The notes under the pieces were generated by a model. The model did no database searches and was not told where the DNA came from. It saw only the letters and a program-made list of their open reading frames with translations. The position numbers and the translations under genes were made by a program. Shown here in pieces: positions 1-13,929 of a stretch of DNA of 64,000 nt (positions are counted from its first letter, which is position 1; the number at the start of each line of letters is the position of its first letter). Origin of the DNA: an uncultured Methanosarcinaceae archaeon (GTDB lineage Archaea > Halobacteriota > Methanosarcinia > Methanosarcinales > Methanosarcinaceae); assembly GCA_963847185.1 (NCBI GenBank), contig CAWJYV010000007.1:1-64000 (forward strand), written 5' to 3'.

Positions 1-8
1 GTTTATGT

Positions 9-479
9 ATGAAAGGAAATGAACAGATGATTGAACATCTAAACGCTCGTTTAGCTGAGGAATTGACCGCTATTAACCAGTATTTTGTCCACGCTGAAAT
101 GTGTGAAAACTGGAATTATGAGAGACTGGGTGAAGTTATTGAGAAAAGGGCCATTGTCGAAATGAAGCATGCCGAAAAGCTGATCGAACGTATTCTCTTC
201 CTTGAAGGGAGGCCCATAGTCAGCAATTTGAACGAAATGACCATCGGATCCTTTGTACCGGAGATGCATGAAAGTGACCGCAGAGCCGAAGAAGGAGCTA
301 TAAAGGGCTATAACGAAAGTATCCGTATGGCGTCAGAGATAGGAGATAACGACACAAAAGTACTTCTCGAGTCAATCCTTAAGGAAGAAACGGAGCATAT
401 AGACTGGATTGAAGCCCAGCTCGATCAGATCAATCATATTGGTATCCAGAACTATCTGGCGCAGCAGATTTACGAATAA
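9..479 (+). CDS. bfr: bacterioferritin
   Basis: 156 aa ferritin-like protein with ferroxidase motifs ELTAINQY, EMKHA (contains the haem-ligand Met) and EETEH. Confidence 0.9.
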   Translation: MKGNEQMIEHLNARLAEELTAINQYFVHAEMCENWNYERLGEVIEKRAIVEMKHAEKLIERILFLEGRPIVSNLNEMTIGSFVPEMHESDRRAEEGAIKGYNESIRMASEIGDNDTKVLLESILKEETEHIDWIEAQLDQINHIGIQNYLAQQIYE

Positions 480-752
480 AGCAGCCTGCAAAATTTTCCT
501 TTATCTAGACATCTTTGGAGTTACAAATGAATGAGTTCTGATAAAGAGAAATCTCCAGTCCAAAAGACGCCCAAAAGACATCTATCCTAATAAAGCCCTG
601 CAGGAAATTCGTAAAACATTCATTCTTGAGATAACCTATTTTTGGGAGAAATTTCTTTACGCCGGTAGAAAGTGAAGGAAAGATCAGAGAAAATTATGCA
701 AATTATACTCAAGTGAAACAAAATTAAAGGGTTCTTAAAAAATAATAGGAAA

Positions 753-809
753 CATTAAGAAAAGCAATCATTAAGAAAAGCAATCATTAAGAAAAGCAAT
801 CATTAAGAA
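753..809. repeat. 16-bp tandem repeat CATTAAGAAAAGCAAT, about 3.5 copies
   Basis: Read directly from the sequence, between bfr and the 5S rRNA 3' end. Confidence 0.9.
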
Positions 810-858
810 TCAGTAAAAAATCATTTTCAGAATAAGTTTAGAATAAAGTATTATAGGT

Positions 859-985
859 GAGTATGGCAGCGATCCAGAGTTCCCGAAGACTCGCGTACTT
901 CAGTACAGTAAGGAACGTGGACAGGCTTATCTGCTGTGTTCGGAATGGGTACAGGAGTTGCCCTGACGCTATGGCCGCCACACTC
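859..985 (-). rRNA. rrf: 5S rRNA
   Basis: Reverse complement reads GAGTGTGGCGGCCATAGCG...CCCATTCCGAACACAG...GCTGCCATACTC with complementary termini; lies downstream of 23S. Ends approximate. Confidence 0.93.
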
Positions 986-1016
986 AACATATAAAGAGGA
1001 TTTTGTGAAAGACTAA

Positions 1017-1064
1017 AAGTCATGTATAGGATATGTGCTGCATACTGGATTTCGCCTGGACCTG
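1017..1064 (-). other. 3' arm of the pre-23S processing stem (bulge-helix-bulge)
   Basis: Complementary to about 3980-4022; RNA arms CGCU/GGCG form a 4-bp helix flanked by 3-nt bulges AAC and AAA. Confidence 0.8.
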
Positions 1065-1069
1065 ATGAG

Positions 1070-3967
<2,898 letters not shown>

Positions 3968-3979
3968 GTATATCCTAAC

Positions 3980-4022
3980 CAGGTCCAGTTAGCGTCCAGT
4001 ATACAGCACCTATACATGACTT
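3980..4022 (-). other. 5' arm of the pre-23S processing stem (bulge-helix-bulge)
   Basis: Long imperfect inverted repeat of 1017-1064. Confidence 0.8.
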
Positions 4023-4136
4023 CATGAGCCTGCGGTTCCGCACAGGCGATCCGTCCTTCCCCGATAATTTACTTACCGGGTGCATTAAATGAGTTAAAAA
4101 TTGATCATTAGATTATGATCGAGTAGTTAATGGTTT

Positions 4137-4180
4137 GAGGATTTTGTTCGGTTTATCGGCATCTGGTTGGTGTGTTTTGT
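4137..4180 (-). other. 3' arm of the pre-16S processing stem (bulge-helix-bulge)
   Basis: Pairs with 5758-5800; 4-bp helix CGGU/GCCG with 3-nt bulges UAA and AUA. Confidence 0.75.
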
Positions 4181-4184
4181 GCTT

Positions 4185-5659
<1,475 letters not shown>

Positions 5660-5757
5660 TGTTAAGTATCGCACACTTAAAATTAAAGGTCTTGGTCGCA
5701 GAAACTTGCACTAACAACATCAATTCAGTTATTCAAGTTCGCGATAGATGTTTTATG

Positions 5758-5800
5758 AAAAACAACTACCAACCAGAATTAACCGAACCGACAAAATCCT
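5758..5800 (-). other. 5' arm of the pre-16S processing stem
   Basis: Imperfect inverted repeat of 4137-4180. Confidence 0.75.
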
Positions 5801-5870
5801 CGTCAGTCAGGAAACAGCTCCTGACTCCATTAAAAGATGAAAGAGATATTCATTCAACCCACACAATCGC

Positions 5871-6270
5871 TTTGTGTGAGGGATACATACAAGATGTTTC
5901 TTGTATATAAAGCTTTGTATTGCTCCCCTTCCACAGATTTTGATTTGTGTGAGGAAACTATACTACGCATTTTTTGTATATAAGCTTTCTCCTTCACAGG
6001 AGATTAACAAGCTTGAAAGGGAGAAATGGAGTAATTAAAAGATTTCAAAGGAGTTCTCCTTTTGAATCCTTAACTTCGTCCGTTTTTACGAGCAACCGTG
6101 CTTTAAAAAGCGTCTCCGAGTATCATTAGATCCATTTTTCAGGTTCGTTTTTCGATACTTTTTGAACTCAGTTGTCGAACTTCGTTTTTCAAGTCCCGTT
6201 TTTCGCTTTCGGGTGTCTTGTGACGCCCTGTGAGCACCCCTACAATGTAACATCTAGTATATATAGATTT
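5871..6270 (-). promoter_or_regulatory. three tandem rRNA promoters (BRE/TATA plus conserved initiator region)
   Basis: Minus-strand TATA boxes at about 5903-5911, 5976-5983 and 6257-6265, each at the same 28-bp offset from a CTCACA motif (5875, 5948, 6229). Confidence 0.7.
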
Positions 6271-6412
6271 CTGTTTGAAATTCAAATGATCAAACTCACG
6301 TTCTAACATTGCAAAATATGCATGGCATTTATATACCAGAAATGTACATCCATGTAGATGATTACCATGAATGTAACAACTGAAAGAAGGGATCGATTTT
6401 TACATCGAACCT

Positions 6413-7921
6413 ATGCAGAATAAAACGGTAACTGTTTTTGACACAACACTGCGTGACGGAGAACAAACCCCGGGAGTATCCCTGACTTCTACTCAGAAGC
6501 TGGAAATCGCCCGTCAACTTGACAAACTCGGGGTAGACATAATAGAAGCTGGATTTCCCATCTCTTCAGAAGGAGATAAAGAATCCGTAAAATCGATTTC
6601 TAATGCCGGGCTGGATGCAGAAGTCTGTGGGCTTGCTCGTGTATTGAAAAAAGATATCGATGCCTGTTTTGATAGCGACGTTGGCCTAGTGCATACTTTC
6701 GTCCCAACCTCGGATGTACAGCGGATTTACACTATTAAAAAAACCCAGGAAGAAGTAATTCAACTGGCTGTGGAAGCTGTTCAGTACATCAAAGACCATG
6801 GACACAAGTGTATGTTTTCTGCAATGGACGCTACAAGGACTGAGCCTGAGTACCTAATACAGGTATTTAAAGCAGTCCAGGAAGCAGGATGCGATATCAT
6901 TAACGTCCCAGATACTGTCGGCGTTATGGTTCCGTCCGCAATGTACAGGCAAATAAAGGACATTGCAGCCGAAATAACGGTTCCTATAGATGTGCATTGC
7001 CACAATGATTTCGGGCTTGCGGTAGCGAACAGCCTCATGGCAGTTGAAGCAGGCGCATCCCAGGTCCAGGTCACGATAAATGGCATAGGCGAGAGAGCAG
7101 GAAATGCTGACCTTGCCCAGACGGTCATGAGTCTTAAGGCAATGTATGGGGCAAAAACGAACATTCGAACAGAATACCTTGTTGAAACCTCAAAAATGGT
7201 TGAAAACTATACTGGAGTCAGGCTTCCTCCAAATACTCCTGTGGTCGGCCAGAATGCCTTCTCCCACGAGTCGGGAATCCACAGCCAGGGAGTGCTTGAG
7301 AAATCCGATACTTTCGAGCCCGGAATAATGACTCCTGAAATGGTAGGACACAGACGGCGTATTGTCCTTGGCAAACATACAGGTAAACATGCAGTCAAGC
7401 AGTCCCTCGAATCTGCCGGAATAATATGTAATGACAAGCAGCTCGACGAGATTGTAGCCAGAATTAAAGAGATTGCAAACAAAGGCAAACAGATCACGGA
7501 TGCCGACCTTTACGCGGTTGCCTCTGCTGTTCTTGGAAAAGCAAGTTCGGAAGAAGAACTGATCAAGCTCAAAGAAGTATCCGTAATGACCGGAAATATC
7601 CTGACACCTACTGCCGTTGTCAAGGCAAATATTCAGGGCAAAGAAGTAATTGCAGCAAGGACTGGAGTTGGCCCTGTAGATGCCGCACTAAATGCAGTAA
7701 GAGATATCCTTGGAGAAAGCAACCACTTTAAACTCCAGGAGTTCAGGATCGATGCCATCACAGGCGGAGCAGATGCCCTTGCAGACGTATACATAGGCCT
7801 TGAAAATGACCAGGGTAGGATTGTAACTGCCAGGTCTGCAAACCCGGATATAGTTATGGCCTCTGTAGAAGCCCTTGTGAATGCAATGAACCTGCTGTAT
7901 AAAAAGGAATCAAAAATCTGA
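6413..7921 (+). CDS. leuA: 2-isopropylmalate synthase (LeuA/CimA family)
   Basis: DTTLRDGEQ, HCHND and GIGERAGNA motifs plus C-terminal regulatory domain (GVGPVDA); LeuA versus CimA cannot be fully separated from motifs alone. Confidence 0.8.
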   Translation: MQNKTVTVFDTTLRDGEQTPGVSLTSTQKLEIARQLDKLGVDIIEAGFPISSEGDKESVKSISNAGLDAEVCGLARVLKKDIDACFDSDVGLVHTFVPTSDVQRIYTIKKTQEEVIQLAVEAVQYIKDHGHKCMFSAMDATRTEPEYLIQVFKAVQEAGCDIINVPDTVGVMVPSAMYRQIKDIAAEITVPIDVHCHNDFGLAVANSLMAVEAGASQVQVTINGIGERAGNADLAQTVMSLKAMYGAKTNIRTEYLVETSKMVENYTGVRLPPNTPVVGQNAFSHESGIHSQGVLEKSDTFEPGIMTPEMVGHRRRIVLGKHTGKHAVKQSLESAGIICNDKQLDEIVARIKEIANKGKQITDADLYAVASAVLGKASSEEELIKLKEVSVMTGNILTPTAVVKANIQGKEVIAARTGVGPVDAALNAVRDILGESNHFKLQEFRIDAITGGADALADVYIGLENDQGRIVTARSANPDIVMASVEALVNAMNLLYKKESKI

Positions 7922-8090
7922 ACTGATAGAATTTGGCTGAAAAAGCCTGAAACTACAGTTCAAATATAAAATGTATTTAAATATCGTTCAAAGACAAAAA
8001 CCGGATAAGGATTGATATCTATTTGTTTTTGGTTTGTATTTCCATAAATCATCATAAAAAGTAAAATAAAATGAAATGGAATACAAACCC

Positions 8091-8849
8091 ATGCCTTATC
8101 CAATTATTGATTCTCACTGTCATCTTGATTTTCCTAAATTCAACCGAGATAGAGAAGAGACTATCCTCCGAGCCAGAGAAGCAGGAGTTGTCGGAATGAT
8201 AAATTCCGGAATTTCCCTGAAAGGCAACCTCATGAGTCTTGAACTTGTAGAAAAGAATGAGGATATTCATGCCGCACTTGGCCTGAGCCCTGATATCGGC
8301 AGGGGAGGCGACGAGAAAGAAATAAATGCTATTCTTGGCCAGATAGAAGCCAACGCAAGAAAAGCAGCAGCTATTGGGGAAGCCGGCCTGGATTTTCAGG
8401 ACTGCAAAACAAATGAAGAAAGAGAAAGGCAGACAACAGCATTCAAAAAAGTAATCGAGCTTGCAAAAGACCTGAATAAACCCCTTGTGGTACACGCTCG
8501 TCTGGCTGAAGCTGAAGTTCTGGAGCTTGTCAAAGACGTGGATACAGTTATCTATCACTGTTACAGCGGTTCTATTGAAACGATGAGAAAGATAGTAGAC
8601 AGGGGATTCTACATTTCTCTGGCAACTCTTGTCTGTTTTTCCGAGAATCATCAGATTCTTGCAACAGAAGTACCTCTTGAAAACCTTCTTCTGGAAACCG
8701 ACAGTCCCTTCCTCTCTTCCCGCAAAGGCAGAAATGAACCTGCGTTTATAGTAGATTCGATCCCTGTAATAGCTCGACTTAGAGATACAGAACCTGCAGA
8801 GATTGCTAAATACGCCACAGAAAATGCACGCAGTGCATTCAATATCTAA
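8091..8849 (+). CDS. tatD: TatD family hydrolase/DNase
   Basis: DSHCHLD, IGEAGLD, HCYSG and LLETDSPF motifs; alternative start at 8076. Confidence 0.9.
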   Translation: MPYPIIDSHCHLDFPKFNRDREETILRAREAGVVGMINSGISLKGNLMSLELVEKNEDIHAALGLSPDIGRGGDEKEINAILGQIEANARKAAAIGEAGLDFQDCKTNEERERQTTAFKKVIELAKDLNKPLVVHARLAEAEVLELVKDVDTVIYHCYSGSIETMRKIVDRGFYISLATLVCFSENHQILATEVPLENLLLETDSPFLSSRKGRNEPAFIVDSIPVIARLRDTEPAEIAKYATENARSAFNI

Positions 8850-8980
8850 GAGTTTTAAGTTTAAGGAAAAAGAAAGGAAAAGTGACAAAAAATAAGGAAA
8901 AGGAAAGGGAAAAAAAGGCAAAGAAAGTAGAAAGGGAAAAGAAAAAAGAAGGGAAAAATAGAAAAGTTGAGGAGAGAAAT

Positions 8981-9622
8981 ATGGAAGTCCGATATATTTG
9001 CCCCACGGCCTACGATTCAAGCATTTATCTGGTAAACGGAAAAGTACTGATTGATTCTGGGATGAGTAGTGATCTGGTCATTAAACAATTGGAGAAACAC
9101 ATCAAGCTTACGGACCTGAAACTCATTATTCTGACTCATTGCCATTATGATCATACGGCCGCGGCAGCCGCAATTGCAGAGAAGAGCGGGGCAGAAGTCG
9201 GAGTGCACAAAGCCGACCTTGAAGGCGTAAATGATGAATATTTGAGCGTCTCTGTGCTCTTTGGAGACCGCGCACCTGCTGTCAAGCCCACAATTGCATA
9301 TGAAGAAGGAGACAAAATCGATATAGGAAATGGGGAACATCTGGAAGTGATCCATACCCCAGGGCATTCAAGAGGGAGTATTTGCCTCTATGAACCTGTT
9401 TCAAAGAGCCTATTTTCCGGAGACACCGTATTTCCAGGCGGAGGCTTTGGAAGGATGGACTTTGAAGGTTCAGAACCTGACAAAATGCTGGGTTCCATAG
9501 AAAAACTAACAAAACTGGATGTAAAAACCCTCTATTCTGGACACGGAGCCCCTAATGACAGGGATGGGAATAATCAGATCATGGCTTCATACAGAATGCT
9601 AAAAATCATGATGGGAGAATAA
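8981..9622 (+). CDS. MBL-fold metallo-hydrolase
   Basis: THCHYDH, HTPGHS, FSGD and GHG motifs; start moved to ATG 8981, downstream of a GAGGAG SD. Confidence 0.88.
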   Translation: MEVRYICPTAYDSSIYLVNGKVLIDSGMSSDLVIKQLEKHIKLTDLKLIILTHCHYDHTAAAAAIAEKSGAEVGVHKADLEGVNDEYLSVSVLFGDRAPAVKPTIAYEEGDKIDIGNGEHLEVIHTPGHSRGSICLYEPVSKSLFSGDTVFPGGGFGRMDFEGSEPDKMLGSIEKLTKLDVKTLYSGHGAPNDRDGNNQIMASYRMLKIMMGE

Positions 9623-9713
9623 AAGACTCTTAAGATCAAAACCGAGATCTGAAAACGACTAAGAGTCTGTTTAATTTGAGAATTGATGAATATTGGGAGC
9701 CCGAAAACAGATC

Positions 9714-11907
9714 ATGGCAAAAAATACAGCATTTCCGGAAGAAAATAAAAAATCTGGCATGGAAAAATCGGATAAAAAGAAACCAGCCAGAAAAACCAGT
9801 TTCTTTGTTCCAAAAAAAGTAGAAGCCGGAAAAGAAACAAAATCCGTAACAAAAACTAGTAGAAAGTCCGAAATAGTAGAGCCAGAAGGCTCAGCAAAAA
9901 AAGGAGAAAGAGCGGGAAAAAAACCTGAAGTGAGGCCTGAAATAAAAACCGAAAATAAAGAAAAAAAGAAAAAAAGCTTTTCTTCTTTACCCGCTTCAAA
10001 ATTCCTCCCTATGAGCCTCGAGGAAGTGAAAGCTCGAGGCTGGAAAGAACTTGATATTATCCTTATCACCGGAGATGCCTATGTTGATCATTCCAGTTTT
10101 GGGACTGCAATAATTGGAAGGGTCCTTGAGGATGCTGGTTTCAGAGTTGGAATTATAGCACAGCCAAGATGGGATAATCCTGAAGATTTCAAGAAACTCG
10201 GAAAACCCAGGCTTTTCTTTTCAGTAAGTGCAGGAAACACAGACTCCATGGTCAGCAACCTGACTCCAGGCCTGAAGCCTCGAGATAAGGATGCATATTC
10301 CCCTGGGGGCAAAGCAGGACTTCGCCCGAATCGCACCGCAATTATTTACTCAAACAGGATAAGGGAAGCTTTTCCTGAAGTGCCGATCGTACTTGGGGGA
10401 ATTGAAGCTTCCCTGAGGCGTCTGGCACATTATGATTATCTTTCGGATAAGGTTAGACAATCCATTCTAGCGGATGCGCCTGCCGAGCTCATCGTATATG
10501 GTATGGGAGAGTTGCAGATTGTGGAGCTTGCAAAGCGATTGCAGGCAGGAGAAGACATCAGGGAGATCAGGGACATTCCGGGTACGGTCTGGAAAATGGA
10601 AGTTAAAGCCTGGAAAGAGCTCAAAGAAAGAAGCGAAAGGGCAGATAAAAAGCAGGACACTGAAAAAAAACAGGGCATTGATGAAAAAGCAGGACATATG
10701 TGAAGAGAAAGATGAAAAAGCATATGAAAAGGCAGCAGAATTTTTTAAGAATTATATAGAAATTCCTTCTTTTTCAGATGTTTCTCAGGACAAATCAGCC
10801 TTTGCAAAAGCATTTCGTACACACTTCATGGAACAGAATCCTGTTACCGGAAAAGGAATTGTCCAGCCTCACCCAAAAACCATTATAGTGCAGAACAGGC
10901 CAATGCGACTTCTGACAGACGCCGAAATGGACCAAGTATATGAGCTGCCTTATACTGGCGAAGCTCATCCCTCCTATAAAGAATCCATCCCTGCTCTTGA
11001 AATGGTAAAATTTTCCCTTACAACTCACAGGGGCTGCTTCGGAGGCTGTGCCTTCTGTGCCATTACACAGCACCAGGGGCGCATGATTGCAAGCCGCAGC
11101 ATCGAGTCCCTGCTTCGTGAGGCAAAAAAACTTACGCAAAAACCTGACTTTAAAGGTATTATCAATGGAGTCGGCGGCCCAAGTGCCAATATGTACGGAA
11201 TGGGGTGTAAAACCTGGGAAAGGAAAGGAGCCTGCCTTGAAAAATCCTGCCTTTACCCGCGTATATGCCCTGCTCTGGATACCAGCCACAAAAAGCTGAT
11301 CGAGCTCATGCGCCGCCTGCGCGAACTTCCGGGAGTCAAGCAGGTCTTTACAGGTTACGGAGTACGCTACGATCTGGCTCTTGAGGATGAAGAATACCTC
11401 AAAGAACTTTGCGCTTATCACATTAGCGGACAGCTGAGGATTGCACCTGAACATTTTTCAAAACGGGTTACAAATGCGATGTGCAAACCCGGTAGAGAAA
11501 CCTATGAAAAATTTAACGAAAAATTCACTGTCCTCAACAGGAAGTGCGGCAAGGAACAGTACATCGTGAACTACCTGATGTCAGGCCATCCGGGGTGCAC
11601 TATTGAAGATATGATTGAGATGGCAGAGTATGTGCGGGACCATGGGGGATACACAGAACAGGTACAGGACTTTACCCCAACTCCTATGACCGTATCGACC
11701 TGCATGTATTACACAGGACTTGACCCGTTTACAGGCAAGAAAATTTATGTTGCAAGAGACAAAAAAGAAAAAGCTATGCAAAGAGCACTTATGCATTACA
11801 GAAGCCCTGCAAACTACGAGCTCGTATATGAAGCTCTGGAAAAGGCAGGAAGGCTCGACCTTGTTGGAAATGCCCATAAGTGTTTGATAAGAAGAAAAAG
11901 AGGGTAA
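9714..11907 (+). pseudogene. YgiQ/UPF0313 family radical SAM protein split by a +1 frameshift near 10663-10690
   Basis: N-terminal ORF has GDAYVDH and GGIEASLRR; the downstream frame has the CxxxCxxC motif CFGGCAFC. Removing one base gives about 730 aa. May be an assembly error. Confidence 0.85.
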
Positions 11908-11940
11908 TTTTGGAATTCAGTCAAATTTGTAAGATTTTAA

Positions 11941-12222
11941 TCAAACATCCTGACAATCTCGCAGGAAAGCCCTCAATTTTCCACTTACTTGCCCGCAGTA
12001 GGTAGTTAAGGGTCTATCCTTGATCTCAATTACCAGGTTTGCCTCCCCATCCCAGCTAAAATGGGCAACTATTCCATTTCCTTCAAGCACCCCTGAATTT
12101 CCGGGTGAAGCTTCTATCCCATAGGCCTGGAGTTTTTTCTTCATGCAGGAAAAAACTTCAGGAGTTACATTTTTAAATTTGATCCCCTGGCAACCTTCTG
12201 TATCAATTTTTCTTTCGCCCAT
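11941..12222 (-). CDS. small hypothetical protein with 4 Cys, paralogue of the upstream gene
   Basis: 93 aa; aligns end to end with the reconstructed product of 12252-12506. Confidence 0.8.
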   Translation of the reverse strand: MGERKIDTEGCQGIKFKNVTPEVFSCMKKKLQAYGIEASPGNSGVLEGNGIVAHFSWDGEANLVIEIKDRPLTTYCGQVSGKLRAFLRDCQDV

Positions 12223-12251
12223 ACTTCATCCCAGACTATTGCAGGTTTACT

Positions 12252-12506
12252 TTAAGAACCGTGGCATTCTCTTACAAATCTTTTATTTTCCTTGCTACGA
12301 CTTCACAGCTGACGATAAAGGGTTTTCTGTAATTGTGATGGTAAGATTAGACTTTCCGTCCCATTCGAAATCTGCAGCAATCCCTTTTCCGGAAAGTTCT
12401 CCTCTGTTTCCCGGCGGGACATAGATACCATATCCTGAAGCTTTTTTTTCATGCATTTAAACGTATCAGGCGGAACATTATGAAATTTTATAGGTTTACA
12501 ATTCAC
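12252..12506 (-). pseudogene. frameshifted paralogue of 11941-12222 (85 aa if repaired)
   Basis: GTG start after an AGGAG SD; adding one base at each of three homopolymer sites (about 12432, 12325, 12277) restores homology throughout. Confidence 0.8.
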
Positions 12507-12774
12507 TATCCTATTCTCCTAAATTACTTCTAAAGTTATAATGCAGGTATTCAATAAAATCTTAGGTAAATTCGTACACAAAGTTCGTTTTCCGGAAATA
12601 AAAATATACTGTTGATAAGATCTAAACAGAATAGAAAGAATTGTTGATAAGCTCAAAAGGCAGATTATCAAGTTGCAAAGGAAAAACTTTAAACTGGAAA
12701 ATCAATACAAACCGGCTCTGAGAATAATGAGCAGATATGATAACTTAAAGTATCTAAACCGGAATCAGCCAGAA

Positions 12775-13925
12775 TTATTCCATTGCCATTGCCACAAGTT
12801 CTACAATATCGATGACCTCGATATTTCCACCTGCATCCCTGAGGTTTCTCACACAGAGAGGACAGGAAGTAACGATGTAATCCACTCCTTCTGGCACATC
12901 TTCAAGCCTGTTTCTGGCAAGTTCAAGAGAGATATCTGGATATCCTATCCTGACTCCGCCTCCGCCGCCGCAGCAGCGCGAGTTTTCTTTGATGTTTTTC
13001 ATTTCCTTGAGGGTACAGATAGCCTGGATAACTTTCCTCGGAGCGTCGTAGATCTTATTGTGCCTGCCCAGGTGACAGGGATCATGATAGGTGACTGTAA
13101 GGTCAAGTTTCTTTAATTTGAGTTCTTCCAGGTGCTCGGCAAGGAACTCAGGAAGGCTGATGACACGAAGCTCTCCAGGATAGTTGTTCTTAAGAGTTGT
13201 ATAACAGCCGGCACAGCTCGTAATAATTGTGTGGGCTCCTATTTTTCGAATCTGCTCCAGATTACGCTCCATTATCTGTTCTGCTTCTTCCCTGAACCCT
13301 GTACGCAGAAGGGGAGAGGCACAGCACTGCTCATCAGGGAGGAGAGTCACCCCAAAGCGCTGAAGAACCTCAAATGTCTTTTTCGCAAATTCCGGGTAGC
13401 GGTAGGAATCAAAGCAACCTACAAAATAAACGTAATCTGACTTCTCTGGAAGCTTGAACGCTCTGCTTCGGAAAGCCAGTGCTTACGGTCTTTTGTTTCG
13501 CCAAAAGAGTTTCCTGATATCACTACAGCTGACTTCAATTTTTCCTGGGCAGATGTTGTAATGCCGCATTTCACAAGCTGGGCACGGGCAGCTTCCACGA
13601 CTTCTGGAGGGTTTACTCCGGCAGGACATTTGGAAGCACATATCCCACATGTCGTGCAGGAAGCCAGGCTTGAGAGGACATCTTCGGAAGGAGCCCTGCC
13701 CTCAAGAAGGCTTTTGATAATGAGCATGCGGCCGCGAGTATTGGCAGACTCCCAGCCTACCACATCAAAGACAGGACAAACTGAACGGCAGGTTCCGCAT
13801 TGCACACACTTATAAACCGAGCGGCGGTCAATCTCAAAGAGCTGCTCTTTTCCTGTTTTGCCGCTTGTTTCGTTTTTATCCGGCTCTTTTGCCTGTTTAG
13901 CTACATTTTTTTCTTCGTTTTTCAT
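12775..13925 (-). pseudogene. GlcF/HdrD-like (Fe-S)-binding protein split by a single-base deletion near 13454
   Basis: Two CxxCxxCxxxCP motifs in the first ORF; YFVGC, CCAS, HDPCHL and CCGGGGG (CCG domains) in the second frame; one extra A gives 383 aa. Probably an assembly error. Confidence 0.85.
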
Positions 13926-13929
13926 GCCT

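Noticed and set aside
8882-8980. Lys/Glu-rich N-terminal extension of the MBL hydrolase
   Set aside because: Translation of an intergenic purine tract; a good SD precedes ATG 8981.
8052-9020. 322 aa minus-strand ORF
   Set aside because: Antisense to tatD and a purine tract; no recognisable motifs.
9714-11907. The radical SAM gene as the ArcS partner RaSEA
   Set aside because: Motifs and size match the YgiQ/UPF0313 family; proximity to arcS alone is not evidence.
13419-13421. Pyrrolysine (UAG) read-through joining the split glcF, or the split cheA at 52777
   Set aside because: The downstream homology is in a different frame, so amber suppression cannot join the halves.
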